Position numbers and translations under genes: made by a program. From Limnochordia bacterium (GTDB lineage Bacteria > Bacillota > Limnochordia > DTU080): 64,000 nucleotides of DNA. The stretch is from the NCBI GenBank assembly GCA_050951545.1, contig JBMNJG010000003.1, positions 231,881-295,880 of the forward strand, written 5' to 3'. Every line of letters starts with the position of its first letter. Positions within the stretch are counted from its first letter, which is position 1. Of the stretch, positions 61,504-64,000 are shown one piece after another. The notes below the pieces were generated by a model that searched no databases, was not told where the DNA came from, and saw nothing but the letters and a program-made list of their open reading frames with translations.

Positions 61504-61959
61504 ATGCTACGCTATCGCGAGACTGGTGAGTTGCACAAGGATTTCCATGGCAGCATGAACGCCGCTGTAGAGTATCTCGGCAGGAACTACGGGCGAAACG
61601 GCCTGCGTTCCGTCTTCACAGCAACCGCACAGAAGGTCTTCCGTTCGATTTACGAGGGGCTAAAGCGCGGAGATCTGAGTGAGCTAATCGAGCACTGGCG
61701 CTACTACATGGAACGCGAAGGTGCGGACTACACGCTGGACGTCTGCGACTCAGGGGTCATCTTGACCGTCAAGACCTGTCCGGCAGTGGCTCATCTGCGC
61801 AAGCTAGGGCTAGCGCCTTCAGAGTTCTTCTGTGATCAAACCGTTCTGCTCAACGAGGCTTGGTGCGAAGGCACCCCCTTCGAGGCATGCACCACGGTCA
61901 TAGAAGAGGGTCACTGCGTGCAGAGCATTCTGCGTAGAAACACGGAGGGACAGCCATGA
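61504..61959 (+). CDS. Cys-rich V4R-like hypothetical protein (paralogue 1)
   Basis: HKDFH, LTVKTCP, FCDQT, GHCVQ; starts 1 nt after the aldolase stop. Confidence 0.7.
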   Translation: MLRYRETGELHKDFHGSMNAAVEYLGRNYGRNGLRSVFTATAQKVFRSIYEGLKRGDLSELIEHWRYYMEREGADYTLDVCDSGVILTVKTCPAVAHLRKLGLAPSEFFCDQTVLLNEAWCEGTPFEACTTVIEEGHCVQSILRRNTEGQP

Positions 61960-62387
61960 TTCCGAGCGACCAGTTCGTCCGTTTCTACAATGAGGTGTTC
62001 AAGTTCCTGGATAACCAAGGTGGTGATGCACTTGAGGCGTATTACCGTGTGATCTCCGAGCAGCAAGAGATGCATTGCCTAGAATTGTTCAGGTCAGAAG
62101 GCCTGGCGGGCATGAAATCATACTGGGATCGCATTGCCCTTGAAGAAAACTGCGACATGACCTGCACGCTCTATCCCGACCGCTTTGAGTTGGTGATGAA
62201 CCACTGTCCCAGCCTCAGCAAGGCTCTAGATAACGACGCCGGAGCCTTCGCACGCTACTGCGATCACTGCCCGGGTTGGGTCATTCCGCTACTTCAGAAG
62301 GCCGGATATCGTTGCGACTACGACATAATGGACCGTACCATGCCACAGTGCAGGATGACCGTATGTCCTATTGAACGCTCAACGTGA
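61956..62387 (+). CDS. Cys-rich V4R-like hypothetical protein (paralogue 2)
   Basis: YW...EE, LVMNHCPS, YCDHCPGW, QCRM; ATGA overlap with the previous gene. Confidence 0.7.
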   Translation: MIPSDQFVRFYNEVFKFLDNQGGDALEAYYRVISEQQEMHCLELFRSEGLAGMKSYWDRIALEENCDMTCTLYPDRFELVMNHCPSLSKALDNDAGAFARYCDHCPGWVIPLLQKAGYRCDYDIMDRTMPQCRMTVCPIERST

Positions 62388-62478
62388 CGCCTCTGGACTC
62401 AGATGCAAGAGACGACGGATTCATGCGTGTAAGAGAGCTTGCCGTATATGAGATGGCGTACGGCCCCTACTATGTATA

Positions 62479-62507
62479 TTGCCTCTCCCGATGCGATTCG
62501 ATAGAAT
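62479..62507 (+). promoter_or_regulatory. SigA promoter
   Basis: TTGCCT-N17-TAGAAT upstream of the TIM-barrel gene. Confidence 0.6.
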
Positions 62508-62557
62508 GAAGCTGCCACCTAGAGGACCGGATGGCATGCAGCATATAAGAGGGGTGT

Positions 62558-63418
62558 GTGTCGTTGCTGTACATATCATACCTTCCTGACGAGATGAATG
62601 TGGGCTTTGAGGAAGCCCTGAAAATCGGTACTGAACTGGGAATCAAGTCCGTGGAAATGCGAGCCGTAGATGGCGTCAACAGCGTCGATCTTACAGACAG
62701 CCAAGTGGAGCGGGCCAAGAAACTTCTTGATAGCTACGGTATGAAAGTCTCTGCTGTAGCGACGCCCTTCCTCAAGTGCACGATGCCGGGGCTCGACCAT
62801 AAGGCCAGCGGCCCCATGCATGCTGCCCGCGAGATGAGCTATGAAGAGCACCTGAACCTCATCAAGCGAGGTGCAGAGCTAGCGAAGGTCTTTGGCACCG
62901 ACAAGATTCGCTTCTTTACGTTCTGGTACAAAGAGGGCGTCGACTTCTGGGATACCTTGAATGAAGCACTTAAAGAAGCGCTCTCTCGCTTGGAGGGAAC
63001 CGGGGTCACACTGGGTCTGGAGAACGAAGGCGCCTGCATGATCCGTCATACTGGGGATCTAGCTGAAGCCGCACGCCGCCTTGACCCACGAGTGAAGTTC
63101 ATCTATGACCCTGGTAACGCGGCGCGCATCGGCCATCCTCCGCGCCAAGAGGATTTGGATGTCTTCGCTGACCGTATAGCTCTCGTCCACGTCAAGGACG
63201 GCGTATGGGACCCGGAGAAGGGGCAGTCTGCAGCAACTCTCGTGGGCGAGGGCGCAGTTCATTGGCGTACCGAGCTCAAACGAATCGCCTCTAAGTATTC
63301 GGGAGCGCTTACCCTCGAACCGCACTATGCGCCAGACGGGGATACCGTACGTGGGATGAAGGAGACGGTTGCTGCCCTTCGCCGTATTGCAGAGGAGAAC
63401 GGCATCGCCTTGGACTGA
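62558..63418 (+). CDS. Sugar phosphate isomerase/epimerase (xylose-isomerase-like TIM barrel)
   Basis: VEMR, IRFF, LGLENE, YDPGN, VHVKD, LTLEPH. Confidence 0.88.
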   Translation: MSLLYISYLPDEMNVGFEEALKIGTELGIKSVEMRAVDGVNSVDLTDSQVERAKKLLDSYGMKVSAVATPFLKCTMPGLDHKASGPMHAAREMSYEEHLNLIKRGAELAKVFGTDKIRFFTFWYKEGVDFWDTLNEALKEALSRLEGTGVTLGLENEGACMIRHTGDLAEAARRLDPRVKFIYDPGNAARIGHPPRQEDLDVFADRIALVHVKDGVWDPEKGQSAATLVGEGAVHWRTELKRIASKYSGALTLEPHYAPDGDTVRGMKETVAALRRIAEENGIALD

Positions 63419-63430
63419 TTCCGTCCAAAA

Positions 63431-63456
63431 GAGGGGCCTCCAGTCAGAGGCCCCTC
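63431..63456. terminator. Hairpin after the TIM-barrel gene
   Basis: GAGGGGCCTC-N6-GAGGCCCCTC preceded by AAAA. Confidence 0.6.
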
Positions 63457-63574
63457 GTGCTTCCCAGCCATCATGTAGACACGCGCTCCCTCTTTAGAAG
63501 GAACCCGTGCTCCTTCCACCTAGACTTACAGACGAACACACTGCGTCCGGGCGAGGTCGGGAGGTGCCCAGATC

Positions 63575-64000
63575 ATGAGTAGGTTCGGTGGGCCTGGGGG
63601 CTTTGGCCCAGATGGAGGCGGTCTTCGAAGCTCGTATCGGGGCATGCCCAGCACCGACGTCGAGCCCAAAAGCGATATCAGCTGGCAGGAGGTGCAGCGC
63701 GTCCTCATCTACCTCCAACCCTACAAGTGGCAAATCGGCTTGGTCCTGTTCAGTATCGGTATCGGCAGCCTGCTGTCTTTGGTTCCACCCCAGTTAATTC
63801 GGGCCATCATTGACAAGGCGCTGCCGCAGGGAAATGCCCGACTGCTCAATCTGCTGTCTCTGGCCAGTGTAGCCTTGGCCATGGGCACGGCGCTTTTGGA
63901 CGTTGGCCGCACCTATCTCATCACATGGATCTCCCAGCGCATCATGCTCGACCTACGCGCTCAACTGTACGAACGCCTCGCACACATGACACTGCGCTTC
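63575..64000 (+). CDS. ABC exporter, fused TMD-NBD type (3' partial)
   Basis: Manual translation from ATG 63575 after GGGAGGTG: ...YLQPYKWQ..LVPPQLIRAIIDKALP..ISQRIMLDLRAQLYERLAHMTLRF. Confidence 0.85.
   Translation, partial: MSRFGGPGGFGPDGGGLRSSYRGMPSTDVEPKSDISWQEVQRVLIYLQPYKWQIGLVLFSIGIGSLLSLVPPQLIRAIIDKALPQGNARLLNLLSLASVALAMGTALLDVGRTYLITWISQRIMLDLRAQLYERLAHMTLRF

Noticed and set aside
63480-63520. Short imperfect tandem repeat (CGCGCTCCCTCT / CGTGCTCCTTCC)
   Set aside because: Only two degenerate copies; not CRISPR-like and compatible with chance
1-64000. TAG recoding (pyrrolysine or alternative code), suggested by the TAG upstream of phoR
   Set aside because: TAG ends conserved genes such as phoU, dnaJ and rpsT at expected positions, and no pyl genes are in the window
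1-64000. CRISPR arrays, tRNA/rRNA, prophage, transposases, defence systems
   Set aside because: No repeat-spacer periodicity, RNA gene signatures or matching protein motifs seen by eye

Overview
Chromosomal window from a GC-rich, endospore-forming Bacillota (Firmicutes) bacterium. It is probably diderm (Limnochordia-like is my inference), given a beta-barrel-like ORF ending in Phe and an OstA/LptA-like ORF. The left half (1-31.6 kb) is the conserved Bacillus/Clostridium backbone comEA-comEC-holA-rpsT-gpr-spoIIP-lepA-hemW-hrcA(CIRCE)-grpE-dnaK-dnaJ-prmA-rsmE-mtaB-HIT-rpsU-nfeD, with several insertions. The most notable insertion is an oppositely oriented phoP-phoR-[fused degenerate PstC/A]-[PstB lacking Q-loop, signature, catalytic Glu and H-loop]-phoU cluster with no pstS. 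It looks like a non-transporting pseudo-Pst signalling complex. The right half is accessory. It holds an apparently inactive PDZ-S41 protease paired with a putative outer-membrane beta-barrel, a GldA/F/G-DUF4340 ABC system, orphan solute-binding proteins and many carbohydrate enzymes (2x GH88-like, GH13, frameshifted CBM-heparinase II/III-like lyase, BNR sialidase-like, PIG-L deacetylase). It also holds a BNR hydrolase-aldolase operon ending in two paralogous Cys-rich V4R-like proteins. No rRNA, tRNA, CRISPR array or intact mobile element was seen. All calls come from motif recognition by eye; no database searches were run.
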